Assembly (NCBI RefSeq): GCF_028641065.1
Contig: NC_073391.1
Span: 39,184,001 to 39,248,000, forward strand
DNA from: Leucoraja erinacea
Taxonomy: Eukaryota
DNA: 64,000 nucleotides
Direction: 5' to 3'
A model generated the notes under the pieces. The model was not told where the DNA came from. It did not search any database and saw only the letters and a program-made list of their open reading frames with translations. Both the position numbers and the translations under genes were made by a program. Within the stretch, counting starts at the first letter, position 1; the number at the start of each line of letters is the position of its first letter. This document shows positions 1 to 13,436 of this stretch, one piece after another.

Positions 1-225
1 GTCTGTATGGAGATTGCATATTCTCCCTGTGACCGCATGGGTTTCTCCGGGTGCTCCGGTTTCCTCCCACACTCCAAAGACATACAGCTTTGTAGGTTAA
101 TTGGCTTTGGTAAGTTGTAAAATTGACTCTAGTGTGTAGGTTAATGTGCGGGGTGATCGCTGGTCGGCACGCCCTCTTTGGGCCGAAGGGCCTATTTCCT
201 CTCTGATTCGCTGAAGTCTGAAGAC
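1..225 (+). mobile_element. V-SINE (HE1-like), 5' part outside window
   Basis: V-domain TTCTCCCTGTGACCGCATGGGTTTCTCCGGGTGCTCCGGTTTCCTCCCAC and CR1-like tail GGGCCGAAGGGCCT. Confidence 0.85.
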
Positions 226-999
226 TTTATCAATGTTTTATTTTAAGTAGCTCCTTGGCTAGCTCATAACAACCCTCTCCATAGTTAGGAATTAACCATG
301 AAATTATGCACCCAAGATGCCATTATATATTTGAAACACAGTTCCATATAATCCCACTCTCTAAAATCCCTCTTCTAATGCATAACAGCAGCTATCTTCT
401 CTTCAGTAATTTCTCACTTTCTCAGTCAAACTTTAATATTTAATTACTTTTAGCAATGACTTTTTGAGTTTTTGTCAGATACCTTTTGGAAATAGCTCAT
501 TGCGACAAGGTTTGCTTCAGTCCACTTAGAATGCCACTCCTTCAAATAGAAATTCTTGACTGCTGTTCAGGGTTAGTGCTGTACAGATAATCTTAAAGCT
601 GATCTTGGTAATGAATTCCACTATTTTCTGCTAGGAACGTAAAACCATTAGCCGAATCTCGCACTTTTTAAAAAACATTTTAATAGGGCTTCCCTCGAGT
701 TCACGATCTCCATCAGCATAAATCGGATCTTATATTTTGAGGCCATGTATGTCACTGACATTCATATCATTGATTGGCTCGATCTTTCTGCTGATCAACA
801 AACCGTGCAGTTCCTCAGTCTGCTAAATCTGGCCTTACCTGGAATATGTCCCGAGATATGAACTTCACAGCTCCTACTAGGTTGTCCCAATGCTGAACAA
901 GGTTGTTCCAGTTTGAAATGACCAGTACCACCCCAGAATTGCCTTGGTAGCTGGTTAAACTATGACTCGAAGCTTACCAGCCGTTAAAAACTCTGGTTG

Positions 1000-3132
1000 C
1001 ATGAGGACATCTTGGTTTCTGACTCACTATTTTTAAAACTACTAAATATCTTTATTGGCACAATTAACATGAATAAAATTTGCATCAGCAAGTCTTGTCC
1101 GTTTCAGTCTGGATACAGTTTTAAAGATGAAAATTAATTAAGTTTAAATTAGTCAACCTCACTAACATGAAAATCTAAATTTATGTGGAACAAGAATGTA
1201 AAAATCTAAATTTGCATAGGCAGATGCAGTCAGCGTAGGATTCGATTTTTGGGCTAATGATTTTCTAATTTGACTTTAATCCATCTAATGAAAGCATCAG
1301 TTGCACCTCCCTCCCACCTCATATTTTATTGTAAGGTTTATAATATGCATTGCTTAAGAAAAATATATATTTGTGAGATTTATTCTGAAATCTCAAAAAT
1401 AACGTTTATTAAAAGGGGAGTTGTGGGCTCACAGGAGTTTAAGTTTGGCTGCTTTTGGAGAGAGAGAGAGGGAGAGAGACATTGCCCTGCTGATCCCCAT
1501 TTGCACATCCTTTCAAAACTATTTTCCTTAACCTTGTCCCTCGCTTGCATTTTAAAAAGATCTACGCATCCCTTGGCTCTTGGAGCTGCTAAAACCATAA
1601 GCCTGGAACTTTTGACATTCTGTTGGTGCTACCACATAAAAGTTATCAATGTCTGGTTGAGGTATCGTTATGCATTTGAAGTCACTTGTAATGTTTATTT
1701 GAACTCTGAAGACAGATACAAAATGCTAGAGCAACTGAGCAGGACAGGCAGCATCCCTGGAAAAAAAATAATAGTGACGTTTCGGGTTGAAACCGTTCTT
1801 TGGTCTGAGGAAAGGTCTCAACTCGAAACGTCACCTATTCCTTTTCTCCAGAGATGCTGCCTGATCTGCTGAGTTACTCCGGCATGTTGTGTCTAAACTC
1901 GGTTTAAACCAGCATCTGCAGTTCCTTCCTACACATTTATTTGAACTGAGCTCATTTGGAAAACATTTTGCAATTCCAAATGAATGTACAGAAATTTTAA
2001 ATCTTTATAATACGTGATCAAAAATGTAGTCACCAGAAATATTTGCTGAATTGGAACTTCTATGGAACAAAAATTTAAATTTGCCTGCTTGGTTCAGGTA
2101 TTATTAACTGAAGCAGCACAAAGTGTAGCTTTATCCTTGGATGGAAACATTTATTTAAAATCGTACTGGCAGTGTAAGAATTTAACTCAGGTTGCACAAT
2201 TGGAACCACAATCTACAATCTTATTATTGTAGATAAAGATATCTGATTTGTGAGGAGAGTTTTAAATGCAGTGTTAAGTTGCCACTCTTAAAATGACAAC
2301 TGTTGTTTTGAAAAGATTCACCCCCCTTCCTCTAAGAACATTCAATAACCATGGTCACTGATGCAAACTATATGGATTTATTTTTAAAGAACGTAAATTG
2401 TTTGCTTAACACAATGTCACTCGTTGTATTTCTTTGCAGGTAACTGTTTATCAAATTGTGTATGTTTGCAAAAAGAAGAAGAATTGATGATACAATTCTT
2501 AAGATCAGTGTTGGAATGTAATAAATAAGATAGGTAATAGCTGCATTTTACAAGCATTTAATTTTTCATAACTCAAATTACTACAAAAATGTTCTATAGT
2601 TAATCATACACTGCACTGTAAATCTTTGAAGAGTACAAATACAAATATTTTTCTATCGTATTACGTTTATTTTCTTCAAATACAGCAATTTTAAATGTTT
2701 TGCAACTACCGTTACCTTCTGTAATTAGTTGTGTCAGATATTGTATTTATCTTGCAAGATAAGGTCATGCTGCAAAAGCACCTTCATGCTTGTTCCTAGT
2801 GGTAGTAGTCTATTTTTTGTTAAATATCTCTTAGAACACTATACAAGATAACATCTTTGCTTTGCAAGAGCATGTAACATTAATTATTTTATTTTAAAGC
2901 ACAACACTGTTGTAATTCTTAAAGCGGGAACGTGTGATTATTAGCTTTTATTTTGAACTTTGCAACAACATTACCAAGTATCTCACAAGAAACATACATT
3001 TACATATTTCAGTAAGTAAAACAACTAGCTGTAAGCTTTTGATGACAGGCTGCACAATATGCTTCAAGAGGGAAAAAATAGAATAACTGAAAACGATATT
3101 AATGTCACAGGTGTGGAACTGTGCACTTTCAG
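1000..3132 (-). other. PHYHIPL: Probable PHYHIPL 3' UTR (end not determinable)
   Basis: AT-rich, repeat-poor sequence after the stop codon, with several minus-strand AATAAA hexamers (TTTATT near 2947, 2888, 2667, 2150, 1936, 1694, 1051). Confidence 0.45.
1706..1935. mobile_element. Penelope-derived inverted pLTR insert with 12-bp TSD
   Basis: Palindromic GCTAGAGCAACTGAGCAGG...GACGTTTCG / CGAAACGTC...CTGAGTTACTCC. TSD TTTATTTGAACT at 1694-1705 and 1936-1947. Confidence 0.75.
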
Positions 3133-3705
<573 letters not shown>

Positions 3706-3824
3706 TCACAAGTACTAAGCAGTAACTATTACAGGCTTGGATTGTTGATTGTCATGGTTTACAATGCTGGAATATATGGTTTGTCCTTTTTGTTACTAAA
3801 TTGTTGGACAAGGAATTTGCTTCA

Positions 3825-6800
3825 AGGTCGGCAGAGGAGCGGCTGGTGAAGGAGTGAGTGCGGGGATTGGCTGAGAAGGGGAGCGGCCTTATCGAGGGAA
3901 GTGCCTTGTGAGAAAAGTGCGAGTCTATGGCTCAAGGGTCTTCGGCAAGGAGGCTGAGACGCTGTGAAGAAATGAAAGGCAAGCTGATTCAGTGTGATGC
4001 TTGCAGGATGTGGGAGGTCAGGGACGCTGCTGGTGCCTCTGGCTGCTACAGCTATGGAAATTGTGTCCAGGTTCAGCTCCTGAAAGACTGTGTCGTGGCA
4101 ACTGGATGACCTCAGGATTTTCCGGGACAATGAGAGTCTCCTGGACAGGACCTACAGTGAGATTGTTACTCCGAAGCTACCGGAAGAGAAAAGGTGGGTG
4201 ACGATGAGGAAGGGAAGGAAACGTGGAGTACAGGAGACCCCGGGGTATGTACCTCTTGAAAACAGGTTCACCCTCTTGGAAGCTGTTGTGAGAGAAGACA
4301 TTGCCATTCTGGGTGGGGGACAGGTCTGCGAGTCAAAACGTGGCGCTGAAGCAAAGCCGAAGAGGCAGACGTCAGGCAGTGCCATGGTAGTCGGGGACTC
4401 CATCGTGAGAGGTGCAGCAGGGGTTTCTGCAGCAATAGGGATTCAAGGATGGTGTGTTGCCTCCCTGGTGCCAGGATCCAGGATGACGTCACGGGCCGAG
4501 GGGCGCAGCCGGAAGTGGTAGTGCATGTCGGCACAAATGACGTCGGGAAGAAGAAGAAAGAGATTCTGCAGCATGACTTGAGAGAGCTCAGAAGAAGGCT
4601 GAAAAGCAGGACCTCCAGGGTGGTTATCTCCGGTTTGCTTCCAGTTCCTCATGCTGGTGAGGGCAGGAACAGGGAGATAGGGGATCTGAATGTGTGGCTG
4701 AGGAGTTGGTGCAGGGGGCAGGGATTTAGATTCTTAGACCACTGGGATCTGTTTTGGAGTAAGGGTAAATTGTACAAAAGGAACGGGTTGCACCTTAACA
4801 GGCGGGGAACCACATTTTGGCAGGCAGGTTTGCCACAGATACATAGGCGGGTTTAAACTAAATAGTGGGGGGGGGGGGGGGGGAGGAGACAAATTGGAAA
4901 TACAAGGATGAGTTAAAGGGAAAGAGAGTATAGGAAAAGTTAAGAAAGACACCAGAGTTAACGGGGCAAGTATTTCTGGGTATAATTCAGAAGATGTAGG
5001 ATAATTTCATTCCAAAGAGGAAGAAAGATTCTAAGGGGAGTAAGAGGCAACTGTGGCTGACAAGGGAAGTTAGGGATGGAATAAAACTAAATGAAAAAGG
5101 TGTATAACATAGCAAAGAGTAGTGGGAAGCCAGAGGTTTGGGAAACTTTCAAAGTATAACAGAAGGTAGCAAAAAGGGCAATACGGGGTGAAAAGATGAA
5201 TACGCTGGCCAAGAATATAAAGGAGGATAGTAAAAGCTTCTTTCGGTATGTTAAAAGAAAAAGATTAGTAAAGGCAAATGTGGGGTCCCTTGAACAGGTG
5301 GAATTATTATGGGGAACAAGGAAATGGCAGAAGAGTTGAACAGGTACTTTGGTTCTGTCTTCACTAAGGAAGACACAAACAATCTCCCAGAGGTACTAGG
5401 GAGACAGAGGAACTGAAATAAATTTGCATTAGGCGAGAAATAGTATTTGGATTGAATGCAGATAAATCCCCAGGGCCTGATGGTCTACATCCCAGGGTAC
5501 TCAAGGAAGAGGCTCTAGAAATTGTGGACACATTGGTGATCACTTTCCAATGTTCTAGGTTCAGGATCAGTTCCTGTGGGTAGGAGGATAGCTAATGTTA
5601 TTCCACTTTTCAAAAAAGGAGATAGAGATAAAACAGGGAATATTAGACCAGTGAGCCTGACATCAGTGGTGGGGAAGATGCTGGGTCAATTATTAAAGAA
5701 GTAATAACAGAGCATTTGGATAGCAGTAAAAGGATTGGTCCAAGTCAGCATGGATTTATGAAGGGGAAATCCAGCTTGACTAATCTTCTGGAATTTTTTG
5801 AGGATGTGACAAGTATGGGTGAAGGTGAGCCATTGGATGTTGTGTATCTGGACTTTCAGAAAGCCTTTCATAAGGTCCCACACAGGAGATTAGTGGGCAA
5901 AACTAGAGCACATGGTAATGGGGGTAGGGTATTGACATGGACAGAGAATTGGTTGGCAAGCAGGAAACAAAGAGTAGAAATAAACGAGTCCCTGTCAGAA
6001 TGGCAGGCAGTGGCGAGTGGAATGCCGCAAGGCTCGGTGCTGGGGCCGCAGCTATTTACAATTAGATGATGGCATTAAAAGTAACACTAGCAAATTTGCA
6101 GATGACACAAAGCTGGGTGGCAGTGTGAACTGCAAAGAGGTTGCTAGGTGATTGCAGGGTGACCTGGACAGGTTGAGTGAGTGGGCAGGTGCCGTATAAT
6201 GTAGATAAATGTGAGGTTATCCACTTTGGCGGCAAGAACAAGGAGGCAGATTATTATCTCAATGGTGTCAGATTAAGAAAAAGAGAAGTGCAACGAGAAT
6301 TAGGTGTCCTTGTACACCAGTCACTGAAAGTAAACATTCAGGTACAGCAGACAGTGAAGAAAGCTAATGGCATGTTGGCCTTCATAATAAGAGGTAAGAG
6401 GATTTGAGTATAGGAGTAAAGAGGTCCTCCTGCAGTTGTACAGGGCCCTGGTGAGTATTGTGTGCAGTTTTGGTCTGCTAATTTGAGGAAGGACATCCTT
6501 GCTATTGAGGTTCACGAGGTTAATCCCCGGGATGGCGGGACTGTCATATGAGGAAAGATTAGAAAGACTGGGCTTGAATTCACTGGAATTTAGAAGGATG
6601 AGAGGGATTCTTATAGAAACGTATACAATTATAAATGGACCGGACAAGTTAGATGCAGGAAAAATGTTCCCAATGTTGGGGGAGTCCAGAACCAGGAGCC
6701 ACAGTCTAAGACTAAAGGGGAGGTCATTTAAAACTGAGATGAGAATAAACTTTTTCACCCAGAGAGTTGTGAATTTATGGAATTCTCTGCCACAGAAGGC

Positions 6801-6977
6801 AGTAGAGGCCAATTCACTGGATGAATTTAAAAGAGAGTTAGATAGAGCTCTAGGGGCTAGCAGAATAAAGGCACAGGTTACTGATTGTGGATGATCAGCC
6901 ATGATCACAATGAATGGCGGTGCAGGCTCGAAGGGCGAAATGGCCTCCTCCTGCACCTATTTTTTATGTTTCTATGA
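3825..6977 (+). mobile_element. CR1-clade LINE (HER1-like), near full length, decayed, endonuclease region deleted
   Basis: ORF1 fragments: zinc finger CDACRMW and SGNH esterase motifs GDSIVRG, VHVGTND, GLHLN. RT motifs QHGFMKGKS, YLDFQKAF, QGSVLGP, KFADD. CR1 3' end with TATGTTTC tail. Many frameshifts and stops. Confidence 0.92.
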
Positions 6978-7584
6978 ACACGGTGCACCTTTTGATGCAC
7001 ATACCTGAATATCTGTGTAGATTTAATTACTTGTGTCTGCAACAATTGGTAATATAAGGATTGTATTTTCCATCTTTGGCCACTTTTCTGATCACTTGAC
7101 CCAGCTATCAATTCACTGCTTAGCTATTATTGAGCAGATGTTGTATTATATAATAATCAGCAGTGTAGCTTTCTACGTTATCAGCAAGATGTCAGAGAAT
7201 GCAAAGTAAACGAAAGCCTTCGAAGCCGAGCTCAATGTTTGTAATTTATTTATTTTTAAGGATGTGAGCATTGTTGGTGAGGTCAGCAGTTATTGCCTAT
7301 CCCCAATTCTCCCTGAATGGAGTCATATAAAGCCAGGCTGAATAAGGTTCAGGCAGGAATACTTGCAAGGTATTAGAGAATCATTATATCCATAATGGAA
7401 TGCCATAATCGTAGACCACAATGGAATCACTTTTTTCCTCACTGTTGAACCAGAATATTTCAGTGACATCAGTTGAGAAACTCTGCTTTCAGGTTAATTG
7501 CAGATTGTCTTTTCTCAGGTCAAATAAACCATCCACATGATGCCAAGTTAAAGAGCCTGCACCAGCAACCCCTTCCCTGATGGG

Positions 7585-7803
7585 TAGGAAGGAAATGCAG
7601 ATGCTGGTTTACACCAAAGATAGACACAAAATGCTGGAGTAACTTAGCGGGTCAGGCAGCATCACTGGAGAAAAGGAATAGGTGACGTTTCGCGACGAAA
7701 TCCTTCTTCAAACCGAGGGAGGGTTTTGACCTGAAACGTCACTATTCCTTTTCTCCGGAGATGCTGCCTGACCTGCTGAGTTACTCCAGCACTTTGTACC
7801 TAT
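7585..7803. mobile_element. Penelope-derived inverted pLTR palindrome
   Basis: Same family as 1706-1935, head-to-head copies. Confidence 0.75.
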
Positions 7804-8091
7804 CCCCCTCCCAGACCTGGATTAAGTCTATATCCTAAGTGAATAGCTCCTTTCGCTTTTGGGCAGACTCCCGGTAAAGAAATAATATGCCTTAAACCTA
7901 AGAATGATGCTCTCTTATGTTCAAATTTGAGTCAACCTTGTATTCCCCAAGAAATGTGTTACTGAAAGATGCCTCAAAATATCCTGCAGGGAGAGAAAAA
8001 GAATGGAAGCTCAAATCAAACATAATAGAAATGTGATGATTCCAGAGCAAATGAGTTCCTAAAGTAAAGAGATGACTAGTGCCTCAAGCAT

Positions 8092-9210
8092 AAAGTACTC
8101 TGGGAGGGGAGGGGGACATTTTTAGCAAATTGGCAATGCAGACGATTTGGGGATCTTACCCAAGCATTAGAGACCTAAGGAATTCATACCATATTCAAGG
8201 CAATTTCTGAGCAGGATAGAAATGGGAAAGATCTGAGATCATTGCAGGAGATTGAGAGGGGAAGTAGGAGAGACACTGGAAAATACTGTATGGGTGTGGA
8301 CAACTCCTCAGCATTCCAGGATTAGATTACCAATTGGTTGCTACTGGGAGAGGTACTTGCAGATGGGGGGGAGGGGGGGGACAGGAGAGAGAGGGGGGGG
8401 GGGAGAGAGAACAGAAATATGACAGAAATAATTTGGTTCCCTCAAATGTATGTCCTAATATAAGCTGCAAAAATCCCGCCAGAAAATTCGGCATTACCTA
8501 GATTACATGCAGCGTATATAGTTGTCTACAATGGACCAAATATCTCTTAATATATTTTGCTGTAGAACCAAGAACAAATCTTCCATCGAAACAAGGAACT
8601 GCAGGTGCTGGTTAATACACAAAAGGACAAAGTGCTAGAGTAACTCAGCAGGTCAGTCAGCATCTCTGGAGGACATGGATAGGTGACGTTATGATTCAAG
8701 ACCCTTCTTCAGCCAGATTGTAGGGAGAACTTGTTTAAGAAGGAACTGCAGATGCTGGAAAAAAGGTAGACAAAAGTGCTGGAGAACCTCAGCGCGTGCA
8801 GCAGCATCTATGGAGTGAAGGAAATAGGCAACGTTTCGGGCCAAAACCCTTCTTCAGACTGATGTAAGGTGGGGGGGGGGGGGGGGGGGGGGGAAGAGGA
8901 AAGGAAGAGGAGCTAGAGGGTTGAGGGAGCGCTGAGAAGGGGAGGAGGCAAAAAGGGCTTCCGGAAATTGGAGAAGTTAATATTCATGCCGCTGGGGTTT
9001 ATACCCCAGGAACTTCTAGCTTTTTCTTCAGAAGAATGGTCTCGACCTATCCATGTTCATCCATCCATGTTCTCCAGAAATGTTGCCGGACCTACTGAAT
9101 TACCCCAGCAATGTGTTCAAAATTTCATAGCTCTCTAATGCTTGGGTAAGATCCCCACATCTGTCAGTTTGCTCAGTATTTCCCCCCCCCCTCTGCTTCC
9201 AGAGTAATTT
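8092..9210. repeat. Segment bounded by an approximately 90-bp imperfect inverted repeat (possible old TIR element), containing Penelope pLTR copies at 8590-9115
   Basis: TGGGGATCTTACCCAAGCATTAGAGA (~8148-8173) is the reverse complement of TCTCTAATGCTTGGGTAAGATCCCCA (~9132-9157). Similarity extends over 8092-8185 / 9120-9210. Confidence 0.65.
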
Positions 9211-9910
9211 GTAACAGATTTCCATGCTCTACAACCACAATGAAGGTCCCTATATTGTGTTCTCTCCTACCATTCAGCTCTTAGGTGCTGAACCCTACTG
9301 TAAGTTAAAATGCTGTTGGCCCAATATGGGATTCAATGGGAAAATAATAAACAGATGAATTAATCATAATCACATTATCCTCTGGAAAAAAATCAAGTTA
9401 TAAGTTAATTTCATGTATATTTAGTATGCAAGTGTGTAGCAAATTAAGCTTGAATATCTGGAATCCTCCTTCCCCGAGAAACAGGATTGTAATATATTTG
9501 GAATTTTTACATGTATTAGGCAATAATAAATCGGGAAACACCCCAATTAAAACATTTTGCAGTTTCCCTCAACAATCATTTTACAAATTAAGTGTACAGA
9601 CATTTTGCATAATTTAGTCAATAATTTAAAGATTTCCAAAACCATTTTCACTTTTTTAATTACATTAGGACACAATTAAAGTTACATTTATATGTTCTTA
9701 TTACATCTTGATTATTAGATTATTCACCTTTTAGGTGTATGCCTTGCTTAATGTTCAGCTATAAATATTTATGTATGTGCAGTTTATTTTCTCCCAATAA
9801 TATCAATTTTTAAGGAGCTGATTAGCAATTTTAAGATGCTGATTAGTATTTTTTAAATAAAACGGTGTCATATCAAACTGCAATTTTAATAATAAACATG
9901 ATTTTTCTTA

Positions 9911-10078
<168 letters not shown>

Positions 10079-10979
10079 TCAGTTTTATTTCAAATATCCA
10101 ATAATTATTTGTTATGCAAGATAAATATTATTTAGCCAAAATAGATATGAAAAAAAATCACCTTCAGGGTGCAAACTTTCAAATTAACTCTTAGTCAAAG
10201 GCATTTTCTGTTGTATTCAAATAATGAAAATATTCATGCTTTTCTTTAAATTTACTTCAGATACTTTTCATGCTCATCAAATAGCTGTGATCAGGATTTT
10301 AAGAATGTTGAAATGTGGATTCTTTGGATTGTTCCAGCAGAGAGACAAGGGTCAAAAGGCCTCCACAATAAACCGTATGTTGTAAACTCTATGCAATATA
10401 TCACAATTCAGACTTTAGAATACAAAAGTGTTCATTTAGCCTGTCAAGACTGTGACAGATTTTCAATTTGCTGCCTAGGTAAAACTAAAACTGATGTTAT
10501 AGAATTCATTGTGGCCTAGCTGTGTTATAGATTACTGTGCAGACATAGCCTGATTTCACTGTCATTGAAAAATGGGAATGAATTGTGCAAAACTGGTCCC
10601 TCCCTGTGCTGTTGGGTAGATTCCTGGATCACAATACACTGGCATCTTGCTTTCACCTCAATCTTTTACCAAGGTCTCAGCTTCCCATAGATGTGCTGAC
10701 TCCTGTTTTGAATTTCACTGCAGTGCAGTTTTTCCTGCACTGAACTGTTCTGCTGATGGGCTGGTTGCTACTCGTCAGCTTTCACATCCAGCTTGCAATT
10801 TAGCTCCTGGTTTACCATTGTCCTTTATGCTTTTAGGACACTATGTTCTTTCTCAGGGCAAACATCCTATTCTTTTCCACTGCTTCCACAGGTGAGTTAT
10901 TGCCAGCTTATGATCCATACTTTACTCCTCTAATGAACAGTGGATCATTTTCTTCCCCAATGATTAAATTATCCATAAG

Positions 10980-11320
10980 TTTATGTCATAGGAGCAGAAA
11001 GAGGCCATTCGGCCCATCAAATTTCCTCTGCCATTTAATCATGGCTGATCTATCTTTCCTTTCCCTCTCAACCCCATTCTCCTGCCTTCTCCCATAACCT
11101 TTGACACCCATACCAATTAAGAATCTGTAAATCTCCACTTTAAAAATACCCAAAGGCCTGGCCTCCACAACTGTCAGTGGCAATGAATTCCACAGATTCA
11201 CCACCCCGTGGCTAAATAAATTCCTCCTCATCTTCTTTCTGAAGGTATGCCCTTTTATTCCGAGACTCTCCCATGAGTGGAAATATTCTCTCCACATCCA
11301 CTCTAGCCAGCTCATTCATT
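10980..11320 (-). mobile_element. CR1 LINE 3' fragment
   Basis: ORF 10986..11315 contains F.H.VVNLWNSLP; typical CR1 3' UTR. Confidence 0.85.
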
Positions 11321-11607
11321 ATCCATCAACAGTTATTATTATTATTTTAAAAAAATCATCATCTCCATTTATTCTATCTGAGCAACCGTAGCGGGTCACT
11401 GAAATTCTGGGATTAATAAAAACTAGATATTAATGCTTTGCGGATACCGTCCAGGATTTTCTTCTTCCGAGTTCTGCAGCTACTAACAATGGAAATCTTG
11501 CTGGGCAGGTTTCTGGTTGTCAAGTCTTCATAGTGTACCTGGCCAGTTTCTCGTCATCGGTCCCTTAATGGCATGCCTGGTCACATTGTAAACACTTGCA
11601 TAGGCCA

Positions 11608-11871
11608 AGTTAGGTTTAGTTTAGAGGTGAAGTGTGGAAAGAGGCCTTTCGGCCCAACAGACCATCAATCACCCATATATTAGTTCTATGTAATCCCATC
11701 CTACCCACTAGGCCAAATAACTTATAAACCTACACGTTATTTGGAGTGTGGGAGGAAACTGGAGCACCCGGAGAAAACCCATGCATCGTAGGATTGCACC
11801 CGTAGTCAGGATCGAACCCTTGTCTCTGGCGTTATGAGGCAGCAGCTCTACCGCAGCGCCACTGTGCCGCC
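11608..11871 (-). mobile_element. V-SINE (HE1-like)
   Basis: tRNA-like head (GGCACAGTGGCGCTGCGGTAG...GGTTCGATCC), V-domain and (CTAAA)n tail on the minus strand. Confidence 0.85.
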
Positions 11872-12039
11872 AAGTGGTTGGAGTTTTCATGGACATCTTC
11901 ATTCTCTCACAACTACAGTCCGAGGACCCCACCTACTGAAAAAGCACCTCCATAATATCGATGTCCAAGAGGAGCGAGGTGACATGCCCCAATTACTACT
12001 GACTGGTGGCACCCATGCCCATTCTGCTCAAGTGCTTTG

Positions 12040-12960
12040 AGAGATTAGTTATGATGCATATCAACCATGCCACCTTTAAATTTGCCAATAATACCACTGT
12101 TGTTGGAAGAATAACAGGTAATGTGTGGAGAACAGGTGGGGGAGATTGATAATCTGAATGAAAGGTGCCAGATTGATGTTGGCAAGACCTAGGAATTGGT
12201 TGTTGTCTTCAGGTAGGGAAAGCAGAGCAGATCCATAACCTGTCTTAATCAACGGGATGGCAGTGAACAGAATCTACAGGCTCAGGTTCCTGGGCATACA
12301 CTTCTTTGAAGATCTGTCCTGGGCCCAGCACATTGATGCAATCACCGACAATGCCCATTAACACTTCTGATTCCATGGAAGATTGAACTGATTCCGTATA
12401 TCACTGAATACTCCATTGAAATTCTACAGTTGTACAGTAGAGAGCATGCTGAATGGTTGCATCAACCATTGGCTGGTTCAGTAATTTGACAGCCCAAAAA
12501 TAAAGGCGGCTGCAGAAAGTGGTGGGTTTTGCCGGTTCAATAATGGGTATCAACTGTCCTATCATTGGAGGGATATACTAGAAATATTGACTCAAAAAGG
12601 CAGCTAATATCATTAAAGACCCACAGCAGGCTATCATCTCGTTGCTACCTTAGAGATGGTACCGGAGGTCGAGAACCATAACCTCTCGGTTCAAGAGCAG
12701 TTTCTTCCCATCAATTATCAGGCTCTTGAATTGCACTGCTCATACTTTATCACAACCCTATCTCAACATTGATCTACTGTGGACTTTGTTTTGGTTGCAC
12801 TATGTACTTTGGTCTGCACTATTTTAGTCTGGTTACCTATTATTGATAAATTATTGTATTATAGATTTTTTTCTCTATTTATTTGTTGTGTTATTGTATT
12901 AATGAGCCCGTAAAGCTGAAACATGTAAGAATTTTATTGTTCTGCTTATAACAATAAAAT
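12040..12960 (+). mobile_element. Rex1/Babar-type LINE 3' fragment, decayed
   Basis: KFA..TTVVG.I, KTKELVVDFR-like, FLGI, ESILTGCI-like remnants; 3' tail ending ACAATAAA. Confidence 0.7.
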
Positions 12961-13083
12961 ACTGTTCCATTTCGTTAGTCATTCATCAATATTTGATGCA
13001 GTGGTTGGTAGGGCTGCAAAGTCACATTGGAGGCGTTACTGAAGAGTTGACCTTGTGACCGCATGATTCCGAGTAGGTGATTA

Positions 13084-13392
<309 letters not shown>

Positions 13393-13436
13393 TTAATCTC
13401 AGAAAATAATTCACCACCAGGTGGCCTTCACCACCA

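Noticed and set aside
830-845. Strong minus-strand donor CAG|GTAAGG downstream of the stop codon
   Set aside because: No supporting acceptor or reading frame identified; isolated donor matches are common.
1270-1872. 200-aa plus-strand ORF
   Set aside because: TTG start, runs through a GA repeat into a Penelope pLTR, has no protein-like features, and lies antisense to the probable 3' UTR.
6321-6956. 211-aa minus-strand ORF
   Set aside because: Antisense frame of the CR1 RT 3' end.
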